Positions 1-12,393 of a DNA stretch of 64,000 nucleotides are shown here, one piece after another. The translations under genes were made by a program, and so were the position numbers. This stretch comes from Octopus sinensis (Eukaryota), in NCBI RefSeq assembly GCF_006345805.1, contig NC_043010.1, positions 14,756,001-14,820,000 of the forward strand. The letters are read 5' to 3'. The notes beneath the pieces were generated by a model. That model did not search any database and was not told the origin of the DNA. It was given only the letters and a program-made list of their open reading frames with translations. How positions within the stretch are numbered: position 1 is the stretch's first letter; each line of letters opens with the position of its first letter.

Positions 1-112
1 AAAATTAATATGCATTACTGGGGCCGCTCAAGTCGAACAGATACTCAGTACAGCTTTGCACGAAAATAAAGGAGAATATAAAGAAGCAGTTATTTATTTT
101 TTATTTATGCAC

Positions 113-410
113 CCTTTTCAAGCCTAGCCAGGCTCATGGGCCCAGTTTGCCGGTTTCTATGGCGTATGTGTCTCCCCCCAGCTGGACGGGACGCCAGTCC
201 ATCGCAGCGTTACTCAAGAAACAGGAAGAAAGAGTGAAAGAAATTTGGGGCGAAAGAGTATAATATGGGTTGCCACCACCCCCTGCCGGAGCCTCGTGGA
301 GCTTCAGGTGTTTTCGCTCAATAAACACACACAACGCCCGGTTTGGGAATCGAAACCGCGATCCTCCGACCGCGAGTCCGCTGCCCTAACCATTTGGCCA
401 TTGCGCCCTC
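113..410 (-). mobile_element. tRNA-derived SINE (label SINE-C), tail variant 1
   Basis: Minus strand reads gcgcaatggccaaatggttagggcagcggactcgcggtcg...ggtttcgattccc (A and B boxes). The same head occurs at 11030-11130 and 63839-63911. Confidence 0.8.
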
Positions 411-680
411 ACATAAAGAAGCATAAAAAAAATCAAAAGTGTATATTTAAAAGATTATACGATTATGAGGCCAGAGTTTACTCGGATTTCCAAAACGTTT
501 AGGCTGAGCGGTACAACACTTCGTCTGTTTTTTGGCCCTATTCCATCGCTGTCCTTCGCATCCCAGCAAATGCCCCTGTTTTTCGTGCAATGTTAAATGA
601 ATTATCTTTCTCAAGAATGCATTGCACTGCTCGATCCGAGAAACAAGAACACGTGACCTAGCGATCGAGAACCCAATACC

Positions 681-911
681 TATTTCTTTACTACCCACAA
701 GGGGCTGAATACAGAGAGGACAAACAAGGACAGACAAACGGACTAAGTCGATTATATCGACCCCAGTGCATGACTGGTATCTAATTTATCGACCCCAAAA
801 GGATGAAAGGCAAAGTCGACCCCGGCGTAATTTGAACTCAGAACTTAACGGCAGACGAAATACCTCTCAGCATTTCGCCCGGCGTGCTAACACTTCTGCC
901 AGCTCGCCGCC
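681..911 (-). mobile_element. tRNA-derived SINE-A monomer
   Basis: Head ggcggcgagctggcagaa, B-box gagttcaaatt, tail agccccttgtgggtagtaaagaaata. About 19 units of this family in the window. Confidence 0.9.
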
Positions 912-1081
912 TTACGAGAATCTAATCCCATTCGCCACTCGGCTATGTACATTCATTCACCGAAAGCATTTAGGGTGGAATGAGACAATTGGGGTGCGGG
1001 CTGTTTGAACTCTGACGATCTGGCACGGTCCACTGGATATTCGGTCTGTTTTGGTAACAACCATTTTTGATTCTGGAGGTA

Positions 1082-1224
1082 AACACACACACACACACAC
1101 CACACACACACACACGCACACACACACACACACAACACACACACACACAACACACACAAACACACACACATATACACACACACAAACACATACACAAACA
1201 CACAACACACACACACACACAAAC

Positions 1225-1267
<43 letters not shown>
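1082..1267. repeat. (CA)n followed by (TA)n microsatellite
   Basis: Direct reading. Confidence 0.95.
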
Positions 1268-1272
<5 letters not shown>

Positions 1273-1343
1273 AGTGATTTGTGTTGTTAAAATTTATGTA
1301 AAATAAGTAATTTTTGTTGTTAAAATTTATGTGAAATAAGTGA

Positions 1344-1374
<31 letters not shown>

Positions 1375-2111
1375 GAAATACACACGCAGATACAAAAAAT
1401 GAAAGAAATCGTAAGAGAAAAAGCGGCATGGCAATTTTTTACTTGAGCACACCTGACATAAACACTTTTTCTCTCATCATAGACATAGAGCTATCCTCAC
1501 ACACATACATAAACAGGGCGAAAGAGACACAAAGAGAAAGAACAGAGAGAGAGAGAGAGGAGAGGAAGGAAAGGAGCGAGGGAGGGAGAGAGAGAACGAG
1601 AGAAAACGTTAAAAATGCCTGGTGTCAAATAAGTTAATGTCGAGCCAGCGACACCAAAAGAGGCGACGGCCAAAACGTCTGTGTCCATATGTCTCATAAA
1701 ATCTTGGAGATGTATTTGATCTGTTGCAGGTATGGCGAATTCGCCAAATCGTTAGAAAATTCTGAGAAAAGCGCTTTTACGGTATTTAGTTACAACCCTT
1801 TAATTACTTCGTTCGAATGTTCGTTCGAGGGTAGGAAGACTCCGCCTTCCATTCTTCTGGAACGGTGGCCTGGGGTGGGTGTGATATCAAATTTACTATC
1901 AAGCAACTGGTGTCAATTTAATCAATTAAACCTTCCCACTACATAAAATCTGTAGCATTGTGTTAATGTTGAAGATCAAAAGATTTTAATTGATGTTGTT
2001 ATCGCAGCCAGTTAAACCCCAACTTTGTCCTGAATTGACAGATCTTTCATCAAAGCTGTTAGAGCCATGATTATCATTTCTTTTAGTTATGGCATAAGAA
2101 TGCACTGTGAA

Positions 2112-2391
2112 GCCGCGTAGCTTAGTGTTTAGGGTACTCGGCTCACAACGGTCAGGTCGTGAGTTCGATTCCCGGCGACGCGTTGTGTCCACTCAGCTGG
2201 CAAAATTGACTGGTGACCGTATTTTAAAATGCGTGCCTTGTTACAGTGTGTCGCGCTGAATTCCACCGAAAACTACGTTAAGAATACGTGTGTCTGAGGA
2301 GCGTTCAGTCACATGCACAGGAATTTCACGAGCAGGCTGTTGCGTTGATCGGATCAAATGGAACCTCGTCGTCGTAACCGACGGAGTGCCA
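2112..2391 (+). mobile_element. tRNA-derived SINE (label SINE-D)
   Basis: A-box-like tagcttagtg and B-box gagttcgattccc, followed by about 220 bp of non-tRNA body. Single copy in the window. Confidence 0.6.
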
Positions 2392-2785
2392 CGAGTGCAT
2401 TATCAACTGTGCGATTTATGAAGAGACATAAGAGTGTTTTTTTTTTTGGGGGGGGGACTTAGGGTGCTATTTCTAGCAGGTCAACGACGAGCCTCTTCGT
2501 AAACGCTTGACAAGCTAGAATTATCCAACGGAAACTACTTCAGACGACAACCTAACGTTTTAGAAAAGAAACTCTGAAATAATGGGATTCTGAATCTTGT
2601 GCGCACTCCATAAAGACAGGATGGTCACAATTTTAAGTCCACTCCTTTTATAAGCCTGCTCGATCAGTTTTGCCTGGAGCTAAGCAAAAGCAGCTGCAGT
2701 GCTAGCAACAAGAAAAACAACAACAATGCAAGCTGTTTTACCTCATTTTGTCGCTGCTAGACTTTAAATAATGCATCTATATACC

Positions 2786-3013
2786 TATTTCTTTACTACC
2801 CACAAGGGGCTAAACACAGAGAGGACAAACAAGGACAGACAAACGGATTAAGTCGATTATATCGACTCCAGGGCGTAACTGGTACTTATTTAATCGACCC
2901 CGAAAGGATGAAAGGCAAAGTCGACCTCGGCGGAATTTGAACTCAGAACGTAACGGCAGACGAAATACAGCTACGCATTTCGCCCGGCGTGCTAACGTTT
3001 CTGCCAGCTCGCC
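2786..3013 (-). mobile_element. SINE-A monomer
   Basis: Near-identical to 681-911; the 3' end is followed by ggtat. Confidence 0.9.
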
Positions 3014-3214
3014 TTCCACCCCTTTATTTTTTGTGTTATAAAAAAAACCCCTAAAACCCCAAAATACGTCGATTTCTTGTGAGAGCGTCTGTGTTTGAAA
3101 AACTTGCTAAAGATACCTGCTATATTTCCTTCAAACCATTTGCTATCTTTTAAAAAGCGACACATTGAACAATGTAGACTTTGATACATAATATATAATA
3201 TAATATCTTATCGA

Positions 3215-4900
3215 CCCCTCGATTGATTTGTCATTCTAAATCCAATTTAGTAAAAAAAATCATTGATAGGGTAATACCCATCCTTAAGTCTAAAATTAGA
3301 TTAGCCCTCTGGTCTGATGCCCAAGAGGTGGTGTGATGGTTTAAGCTTCTAGAAATTAGTAAGACTAATAAATTCTTGCAACTAGATATAGACAGCTACT
3401 ATGCCACTATCAATCCGATCGTTCTTAATCAAGCCCTGATTTTTGGTATGAAAAATTCTGAATTGTCCCAACGCGAAATAGATATTATACTTGAAGCGTG
3501 AGCCACTCTAGTAGACTTTGATGGTAGATTATGGTGAAGATTAGATGGGGAAAATGCATTTTATATAGCAATGGGCTCACATGATTCTGCTCGGGCCAAT
3601 GACCTAGTCGGAATATACACTACCGTCAGAAATTAATTAGCACCCTTGATTTGCTCTTCACTCAAGGTATGTGCTGTCACCTAGTGGCCATATCTCGAAC
3701 TATTGCTTTGTTGCGAGTTCACTGTTGCGCAGAACGATGACGTAACTTTGTTTGCAGAGCAGTTTGAGAGTCTACAGCCTTATGATGTTGACATAGTAGT
3801 GCAACAACAACTTGGAGTGCGGATGCAGACAAATCTTCCTTTGTTTAATAGATATAGGTAGCGCCTCGCAAGGACCGAAATCACACCATACTAAGTTTTC
3901 TCATCGCGTAAGACGTTTTGAACAGCTCATAGGTTAATTGATTTAACCTATTTAATGTAGAAATTTGAGAAGTGCTAATTAATTTCTGACGCAAGTGTAT
4001 ATCCTTTCATTAATACAGTCTTCTTTTCTGGAAGTAACAGGAGGTTTATATAGGGATGACGCCTTATTTTTTCTGGACAGAAGTAGTAAAGTACAGTTAG
4101 AAAGGCATAGGAAAAATTTCTTGAGACTTTTCAAAAATTTAGGACTAAACATTACTATAGGTAAGATTATCGTAGAGTGAATTTTCTTGACGCTACCTTC
4201 TGTCTTGTACTGGATTATTTGAACCATTTCAGAAGCCAAATGATCATATCAAGTACATTAACGTAGCATCCAACCATCCACCCGCCCTCAGTTATACGGG
4301 GACTAGTTAAGAATATTTCGACAAGAATCTACAGATTATCCGCTAATAGAAAATTTTCGAATCACATGCAACTTATTATAATGCTGCTCTAGCTAGGGCT
4401 GGGTACTGTGAAAAAATTCAATATATACAAGAAGCAGGTATGCACAACACTGGTAATTCCTCCAACTGTGGTGCACATTGTGTACCATCACAAAGTTACT
4501 GTTTGAGAACTCAAAAGATAAAGAATACAGGTCAGGAAGAATTAGTCATATCAATGAACTACCAACGAAAACTCATAGAGACACGCGACATAATAATCCA
4601 ACTGCTTACTCCAATCCTACAGAACACACACGATCAAATAAGCTTATCAACAGATATAGAAATCAGGATGTCCTCTGGTTAAAACCAATTTTCGGTTTGC
4701 ATGCTTCAACCAAAATCGCTGGAAATTTTTTTGCTGCTTTGGACAAGTGTTTTTTCTAAATCTAATCAGTATCATGCTATTTTTAATCGACAAACAGTGA
4801 AGCTATCCTATGCCATATCTGCTAATTTAGAGCAGCTTATGCGTCGCAAAGTGCCGCAAAGGTTCAATAACCCACCTGCTGGATCTAGCGAACATTTGCA
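3215..4900 (+). pseudogene. Decayed Penelope-like element reverse transcriptase
   Basis: Translated motifs RLICHSKS, KFLQLDIDSYY, FYIAMGSHDS..DLVGIYIL, GLYRDDAL, VLWLKP and AIFNRQTVKLSY correspond to PLE motifs RLINPAK, FDVTMGSYDG..ELVG, GLYRDD, IIWFNPP and IFNRNTVKVSY. Contains stops and frameshifts. Confidence 0.8.
3618..3997. mobile_element. 380-bp Tc1/mariner-type MITE inserted in the PLE RT
   Basis: 26-bp TIRs cactaccgtcagaaattaattagcac / gtgctaattaatttctgacgcaagtg (2 mismatches) and a TA TSD. Removing it restores gga ata tat atc ctt (GIYIL). Confidence 0.9.
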
Positions 4901-5222
4901 TCTCAATACCAACGAAGGAGATGTAAACCGCAATGGTAAGCATCAAATACGACCAATTTGTTGTATCAGAAATACTTATGATGCTGCTAACACGGTAACA
5001 ACACCGGTAAATTGATTGTGATTATTTTCTTTCCCAGTATTTCTAAAACTTCAGCAACTTTTAGGCTAAGACAATGCTATTGATATAATTTATCTTAATA
5101 TCATTTCTGGTGTAATTAAATGTCTCACACAGCCTCCCGTTTAAACAACAGGCACACGGAAACACGCAGACATTCTAGTATACAATCACATGTATGTGTG
5201 TGTATGAGCGAACATTAAAGTA

Positions 5223-5473
5223 CTGGGTTGGTGCATAATTATTGCGGCTTTTTTTCAACAAATTTTATTCAACAAAAACAATGACAATATTTAACAAAAA
5301 ACATCTTTAAATGACGGTCTGACCGTTTGCCAAGCAAATGGGACGCAGTAATTGAAGTACATGGTGAATATGCTCCGGGATAATCATTTAAAGATGTTTT
5401 TGTTACGTGTTGTTATTGTTTTTGCTGAATAAAATTTGTTGAAAAAAGCCGCAATAATTATGCACCAACGCAA
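5223..5473. mobile_element. Mariner-derived MITE with about 95-bp inverted arms
   Basis: TIR ctgggttggtgcataattattgcgg resembles the Hsmar1/MADE1 TIR. TA on both flanks. The interior encodes LPSKWDAVIEVHGEY, a mariner C-terminus-like sequence. Confidence 0.85.
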
Positions 5474-5497
5474 TATGTTTCTCTATATGTGCATGTG

Positions 5498-5548
<51 letters not shown>

Positions 5549-5737
5549 GTACATACACACGCACATACACTCTCTCTCTCATAAGCACACATCGCTAAAT
5601 AATAGCTTATCAATATTATATATTCGTTTGGAAAACGCTGTAAGCAATGCAGGTGACGAGTTAAATAAAATATGTAAGTTGATGTCAATGAACGAAAATA
5701 AAGAGAAAAGATAATATATTAATTTATATAGGCAGTT

Positions 5738-6138
5738 TGATAATGATAATTATAATAATAATAATGATAATAATAATAATAATATAGAATAATAATAATA
5801 ATGATAATGATAATGAATAGTATGAATGATAAATAATAATAATAATAATGATAATGAGAATAATAATGATAATAATAAGAATAATGATAATAATAATAAT
5901 ATAATAAATATGATGATTATAATAATAATAATAATGATAATAATAATAATAATGATAATAATAATAATAATAATGATATATAATACTAATGATAATGCTC
6001 AATGATAATAATAATGATGTAATAATAATATAATAATGATAATGATAATAATAATGATACATAACTAATAATATAATAATAATAATAATAATAATAATAT
6101 AATAAATAATAATGATGATGATAATAATAATAATGATA

Positions 6139-6169
<31 letters not shown>

Positions 6170-6210
6170 TAATAATAATGATGAGATGATGATGATGATG
6201 ATAATAATAT
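5738..6210. repeat. Imperfect (AAT)n/(GAT)n microsatellite
   Basis: Direct reading. Confidence 0.95.
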
Positions 6211-6629
6211 ATATATCTATATATATGTATTTATATATTCTAAACATGTGTGAGTATATATATATATATGTGTGTGTATACATATAATGAAAATATGTAT
6301 ATAAATACACTCATACATGCATATGTGTAGTTATGCATACACATAAACGCACACATAAACGCACACATACATAGACTGTGTTGCTTCGCTACTGGTGGAA
6401 TCTAACAAAATTATCAGACAGAGATGAATATCATTTAATATACGCATAATTTAAGTGTGAGCTTTTAGAGACTGAATGATTGCCTGGATAAGAACGGCAC
6501 AGTATAAAGTTAGTCCAGCCATTGTATTTTTTAGTGGCATGAAGCAAATAGTAGTTCGTACTTAAATCCTGTGCACATTTTATTATATAAATATATATAT
6601 ATATACATAAATATATATATATTATAATA

Positions 6630-6667
<38 letters not shown>

Positions 6668-6726
6668 AATATATATATTATATAATATATATATATTATA
6701 TCTAATATATATATATATATATATAT

Positions 6727-6771
<45 letters not shown>

Positions 6772-7016
6772 ATATATATACCTGCGTGAGTTATTTTTGA
6801 GTATACATTGTCTGGGAGACCTTTCTTATAGTAGAGGAAATAGCTAAAATTTTTTGGCTGCTATTTCTAAAAGTTCGGTGTGGTGGTAACGTAATTTTTG
6901 CTGAAGCCTAATTATATAACGTAATGTTTCAAATATATCGTAAATGGTCTTTTTACATACTGAACACTACATGGTAAAATTTATTAATAATTAATTAATT
7001 TTACCCTTTTAGTATT

Positions 7017-7060
<44 letters not shown>

Positions 7061-7153
7061 ATATATATGTAGGTCCCGGGTTGATTCGGGGTTAACCACA
7101 GTAAATAAGGTACTCAATACATAGCAGAGTAAAATTATTTATTATATAGAAGG

Positions 7154-7204
7154 AGCTTCTACAGGACTAGAACTGTTTCATTCAAGAGAAATCTTCAGGA
7201 AGCT
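7154..7204 (-). ncRNA. Putative type I hammerhead ribozyme
   Basis: agcttc CTGAAGA t-ttc-tctt-gaa-t GAAA cag ttctagtc ctg TA gaagct: 6-bp stem I, intact core, stem III, GUA cleavage triplet. Stem II is closed by U-U. Confidence 0.7.
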
Positions 7205-7251
7205 GCCTGAAGATTTCTCTTGAATGAAACAGTTCTAGTCCTGTAGAAGCT
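7201..7251 (+). ncRNA. Mirror copy of the putative hammerhead ribozyme
   Basis: Same fold on the plus strand, with one mismatch in stem I (agctgc/gaagct). Confidence 0.6.
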
Positions 7252-7265
7252 CCTTCTATATAATA

Positions 7266-7302
<37 letters not shown>

Positions 7303-7499
7303 GTATATATATATATATATATACTATATATATATATAATATATATATATATATAATATCATTATATATATAATATATAAATAATAATGATGATGATGAT
7401 AATAATATAATAATAATAATAACATAAAATAATAATATAATAATAATCAGAAGAAGAAGAAAAGAAGAAAGAGAAAAAGAAGAAGGAAGAAGAAGAAGA

Positions 7500-9996
7500 A
7501 GAGGAATTGGAAGAATTCTGGAGAGATATGGTCGGCGAACGAACCACCAAAAAAAGGAGTATCAAAATAACAAACTCGGCATCTGAACAACTTGGACCCC
7601 CATAACACTGAAGAGGTCACCCAGGCACTGCAAAGACTAAGCACTGGAAGGCACCTGGGCATGACAAGATCCCCAACTTCTGGTTGAAATATCTAACAGG
7701 AATGCACAAAAAGCTGGCTGAAAACTTTAACAACGTACTAGCAGAGCCAGAGACAATGCCTGAATGGCTCACGAAGGGGAAAACCATCTTAATTCCCAAA
7801 TCAAATGAAACAGAAAAACCAGAAAACTACAGACCAATAACCGGCCTCCCTACTATGTTCAAGGCATTTACTGCAGTGATATCACAAAGGCTGAACAAGC
7901 ACCTGGACGAAAACAACTGTTCCCAGAAGAGCAGAAAGGATGCCGCAAAGGCTCATATGGCTGTAAAGATCAACTAATGATTAATAAAGCCGTAACTGAA
8001 GACAGCCACAGAAAGAAGAAAGGCCTCAGTATGGCCTGGATTGACTACAAAAAGGCGTTTGATAGCATCCCCCACACATGGATCCTCGAAACACTAGCCA
8101 TTAACAAAGTAGCACCAACAATCATAAAATTCATAGAGCACTCTATGAATAAATGGCAAACAGTCCTACACCTCCAAACAAAAGAGGGACTCATGAAAAC
8201 CAAAGACATCCCCATTAGAAGAGGAATATTCCAGGGAGACACGCTCTCTCCACTCCTTTTCTGCTTGGCACTGTCACCTCTATCTGATATGCTAAATAGA
8301 ACTGGATGCGGATATAAATGTTACGGCAAAACGATCAGCCACCTTTTATATATGGATGACCTAAAACTATACGCTGCAAATGACAAACAGCTGGAAACAC
8401 TATTAAAGACAGTTCATGGATTTACCAAAGAAATAGATATGAAATTGGATTAGAAAAATGCGTCAAAGTAACCATGAAAAGAGGAAAACTAGTTAAGAGT
8501 AACAACATCACACTAGATAAAACCAATGAAATAAAAAATTAGACCAAAGCCAAACTTACAAATACTTAGGAATCCATGAACTAGATAAGACACAACACAC
8601 ACAAATGAAAGAGAATAAGAAAAAGAATATTATGGACGAGTTAGATCAATACTAAACACAGAGCTCAATGCTAAAAACAAGATAATAGGTATCAACACTT
8701 TAGCTGTCCCAGTTATAAGTTACAGCTACAATATCCTTAACTGGACACGAAATGAACTGACCAAAATAGATAGGAAAACAAGAAAAATAATGACAGGATC
8801 TAGGATGCATCACCCAAAATCTGACATAGAAAGACTATATATACAACGTATAGAAGGTGGTAGAGGCCTTATACAGCTGGAAAACTACTATAAAAACCAC
8901 CATAGGACTGCAAAAATATCTACTTCAGAAGGAAGGAAAACTGATCCAGATAGCGGCAAAACACGAGCAAAACAAAAATCTGTTCTCAGTATTTAAGGAA
9001 GCTGACAAATACAAACAAGAATCATACCACCTAATAAACATGAAGAAGAAGAAGAAGATGAAGAAACAACAAAAGCTATAAAACAAATGAAAACCCAACT
9101 AAAATAGAACAGCAACGAACCATGATAAAACGATGGCAAGAAAAGCCCCTTCATGGTAAATACTGGACTAAACTAAACGCAAAAGAAATAGACAAAGAAA
9201 AATCCCAGCAACGGTTGAGAAGCTCAGGACTCAAAGCAGAAACAGAGGGATTTTTAATTGCAGCACAAGACCAAAGCCTCCCCACCAGAAATTACCAAAA
9301 ACATGTAATGAAAAGAAATATTACAAGTAACTGCAGAATATGTGGAGATGGGACAAGAAACAATAAATCATATTATCTCTAGCTGCCCAGTCCTGGCTAA
9401 GAAGGAATATATTCACAGACATGACAGAGTTGGAACCTACATACATTGGAAGCTATGCCAACATTATGGAATAACAACAGAAAAAAGATGGTATAGGCAC
9501 ACACCAGAAAAGGTCACAGAAAACGAGAAAGCAACCATACTCTGGGATATGCCGATACACACAGATAGAGAAATTAAGGCCAACAGACCAGATATAGTTG
9601 TCAGAGACCATGAAGAAAAAAATGCTTTCTAATTGATGTATCAATACCGGCTGATGACAACGTGTCTCTAAAAGAAATAGAGAAACTCTCAAAATACAAA
9701 GACCTGGAAATAGAGGTAACTAGAATGTGGAATCTGAAAACAGAAACAATTCCTATCATAGTAGGTGCATTAGGCATGATAAAAAAAAATATTCAGACAA
9801 ATACATAACAAAAACACCAGGACTTACAAACACATATACATACAGAAAATTGCACTACTAGGCACTGCACACATCCTACGCAGAACACTTTCCATACAAT
9901 AACCATCAGAGCATCACAACAAATCACAGCACATACCCAAGGCACACAGAGCTGCGCTCGGTAGTGAAGTGAAAGCACGCTATAAAAATAAAACTA

Positions 9997-10000
<4 letters not shown>
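7500..10000 (+). mobile_element. 5'-truncated, frameshifted R4/Dong-clade (RLE) LINE
   Basis: RT motifs KAPGHDKIPNFW, WIDYKKAFDSIPH, GIFQGDTLSPLLF, HLLYMDDLKLY, YKYLG; zinc knuckle CRICG..ETINHIISSC; RLE motif RPDIVV..LIDVSIP; (AAT)n after 10000. Confidence 0.93.
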
Positions 10001-10034
<34 letters not shown>

Positions 10035-10446
10035 GTGGGTGTAAACACATGAACAAAATAAAAATAAACAAAAACAAAAGGAAAAACAAATTACACTAAC
10101 CTATATAAACAGGAGATACAAATATTACAGGCATTTCCCCCCAAGCACACACTAACTAAACATAGACGCACATGTGCAAATGAAGATACATACAATAGAA
10201 ATACATAATACAAAATGGCTGACCGTTAGTAAAGAGAGACACACAAATAAGAAAGAAGAAAGCAAAGGACCACTGATGAGGTCACAGGAGTGTGACGAAA
10301 GAACTCGTAAGATTAAGATTAATGTAAAAAATACATAACGCTGAAGCAAAGTAACACCAAATATAGAGTGCGTGTGTTTTTAATGGCTAAACTGGCAAAA
10401 TGATCATGCCTAAATACAACAATATATATATATGAATATATTCATA

Positions 10447-10489
<43 letters not shown>

Positions 10490-10826
10490 GTATATATATG
10501 AGCAAAAGCGTTCGAGTATTTACACTCGAAGATGTTACTATTGTTAATGTAATCTGCGGTGAATATTTTTAATTGATAATATTAACAACAGTAAGAGAGG
10601 TCGTTCAACAGGTCTACTAGCATTATATAGCTACGAAGTTTAAAGTTAGCACAAGGCATAAGGAGGCGGAAAAAGCATCAACCTGTTTAGAAATAGAAGC
10701 TAAAATTCCTAATTCAACCACCCTGTACATGCATGCGTACATACGTACATACATACATACATACATACATACATACATACATACATACATGCATGCATGC
10801 ATGCATACATACATACATACATACAA

Positions 10827-10866
<40 letters not shown>

Positions 10867-10874
<8 letters not shown>

Positions 10875-11130
10875 ATCACGTAACCGACCAGGTTAACAGA
10901 TGTTGCGACACATCACTGGTCACAATGCGCTTCGCATTGTTTTAGCCTTCAAATGACGCCACCCCGCTGGCTAAGTGAACAGACCAACAGAAGAAAGAGT
11001 GAGAGAAAGTTGCGACGAAAGAGTACAGTTATTTTGCTCAATAAACATTCACAACACCCGGTTTGGGAATCGAAACCGCGATCCTACGACCGCGAGTCCG
11101 CTGCCCTAATCACTGGGCCATTGCGCCTCC
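10867..11130 (-). mobile_element. SINE-C head with tail variant 2, internally deleted
   Basis: Head matches 63839+. The body diverges from the 113-410 copy after actctttcttc and ends in cacgtgatcacgtgat. Confidence 0.7.
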
Positions 11131-11140
11131 ACACACACAC

Positions 11141-11171
<31 letters not shown>

Positions 11172-11173
11172 CG

Positions 11174-11245
<72 letters not shown>

Positions 11246-11332
11246 ATATATATTATATATATATATATATACATTATATATTTACACACATACACACACA
11301 CACACATATATATATATACACATATTTCCATT

Positions 11333-11364
<32 letters not shown>

Positions 11365-11434
11365 TATTGATATATATATAGGACATATATACTCGTATAT
11401 AAATGTATATATTTCTGATATATAAATGAACATA

Positions 11435-12393
11435 CGGAGTCTGATCCAATAAGTATCCAGACTGTTGCCATAGTAACGAAGCTAAAGCTTGCAGAGTGAA
11501 GCCGCTGGGTAAAAGTCGACCATGAAGCCTGCTGTGCATGCGCACAAAGTTTTTCTGTTCTGGCTCACTTCCGCTGTTTACAGCAGTGCTGGGAAGGAAG
11601 CGTATGTAGCGTGTGATCGTCGCATTGACTATGATTAAATTGTAATGGTGATACCAGTTCAGAAGCCTAAGCAAAGCTACAGAAGATGTAAGGAGAGTAG
11701 TTTATGAGCCCCACACAAGTGTACAAGTGGTTCAGACGTATTCAAGATGGCCGAAAAGACGTCGACATTAACGAACGTTCTGGAAGACACGCAACTAACT
11801 GAAATGATAAAAAAATCGCAGATGTGTGTGCAGCTGAGAATGTAAATCGTCGAATCACCATCTGTAAGTTAACCAAGGATATGCAGATTAGTTTCGGTTC
11901 AGTTCAGTCCATTATCACTGAAGATTTAGATATGAGACGCATGTCTGCCAAGTTTGTGCCCAAACTGCTTTCAGCTGACCAAAAAGACACACAGGTTTCA
12001 ATTGCACATCATCTTCTTGATTGTGTCGAGAACGATGAAAACTCTTTGAAAGTTTTGCGTAGGACTCTGAGCAGGTATCGACAAGCTTTTGGCAAAATTT
12101 GATGCAGATTCTCTGCTCAACTTTCTCTGTCATTATCAATGCGACGACGACGACACGCTACGCACCTTCCTTCCAAGCGCTGTTTTAAACAACAGAAATG
12201 AGCTAGAACGTTAAAATTTAGTGCACATTAAAATGGCGGTGCCCCAGCATGGCCACAGCTCGTGAGCTGAAACTAGATAAGAAAAAATATAAAAATGCAC
12301 AGCACAGTTCAAGATCTGTGCTAAGCAGTTTTACGCTGCGTGCATTAGTTTCGTTACCATGGCAAAGTCCGGATACTTATTGACCAGACCACG
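11435..12393. mobile_element. Rearranged mariner remnant: two 5' halves in inverted orientation
   Basis: About 48-bp degenerate TIRs (aataagtatcc[a/g]gac...gcca.[a/g]gtaacgaa). The plus strand encodes VYKWFRRIQDG..ERSGR..LDMRRMSAKFVPKLL; the minus strand from 12139 encodes MTEKVEQRICIKFCQKL. Confidence 0.85.

Larger units (their letters stand above)
7069..7269. mobile_element. Short (TA)n-embedded element ending in a perfect palindrome (inverted pseudo-LTR-like)
   Basis: 64-bp perfect arms 7136-7199 / 7206-7269 with a 6-nt loop aagctg; (TA)n on both sides. Confidence 0.7.

Noticed and set aside
7684-9700. Active LINE ORF
   Set aside because: It is 5'-truncated with at least six frameshifts or stops.
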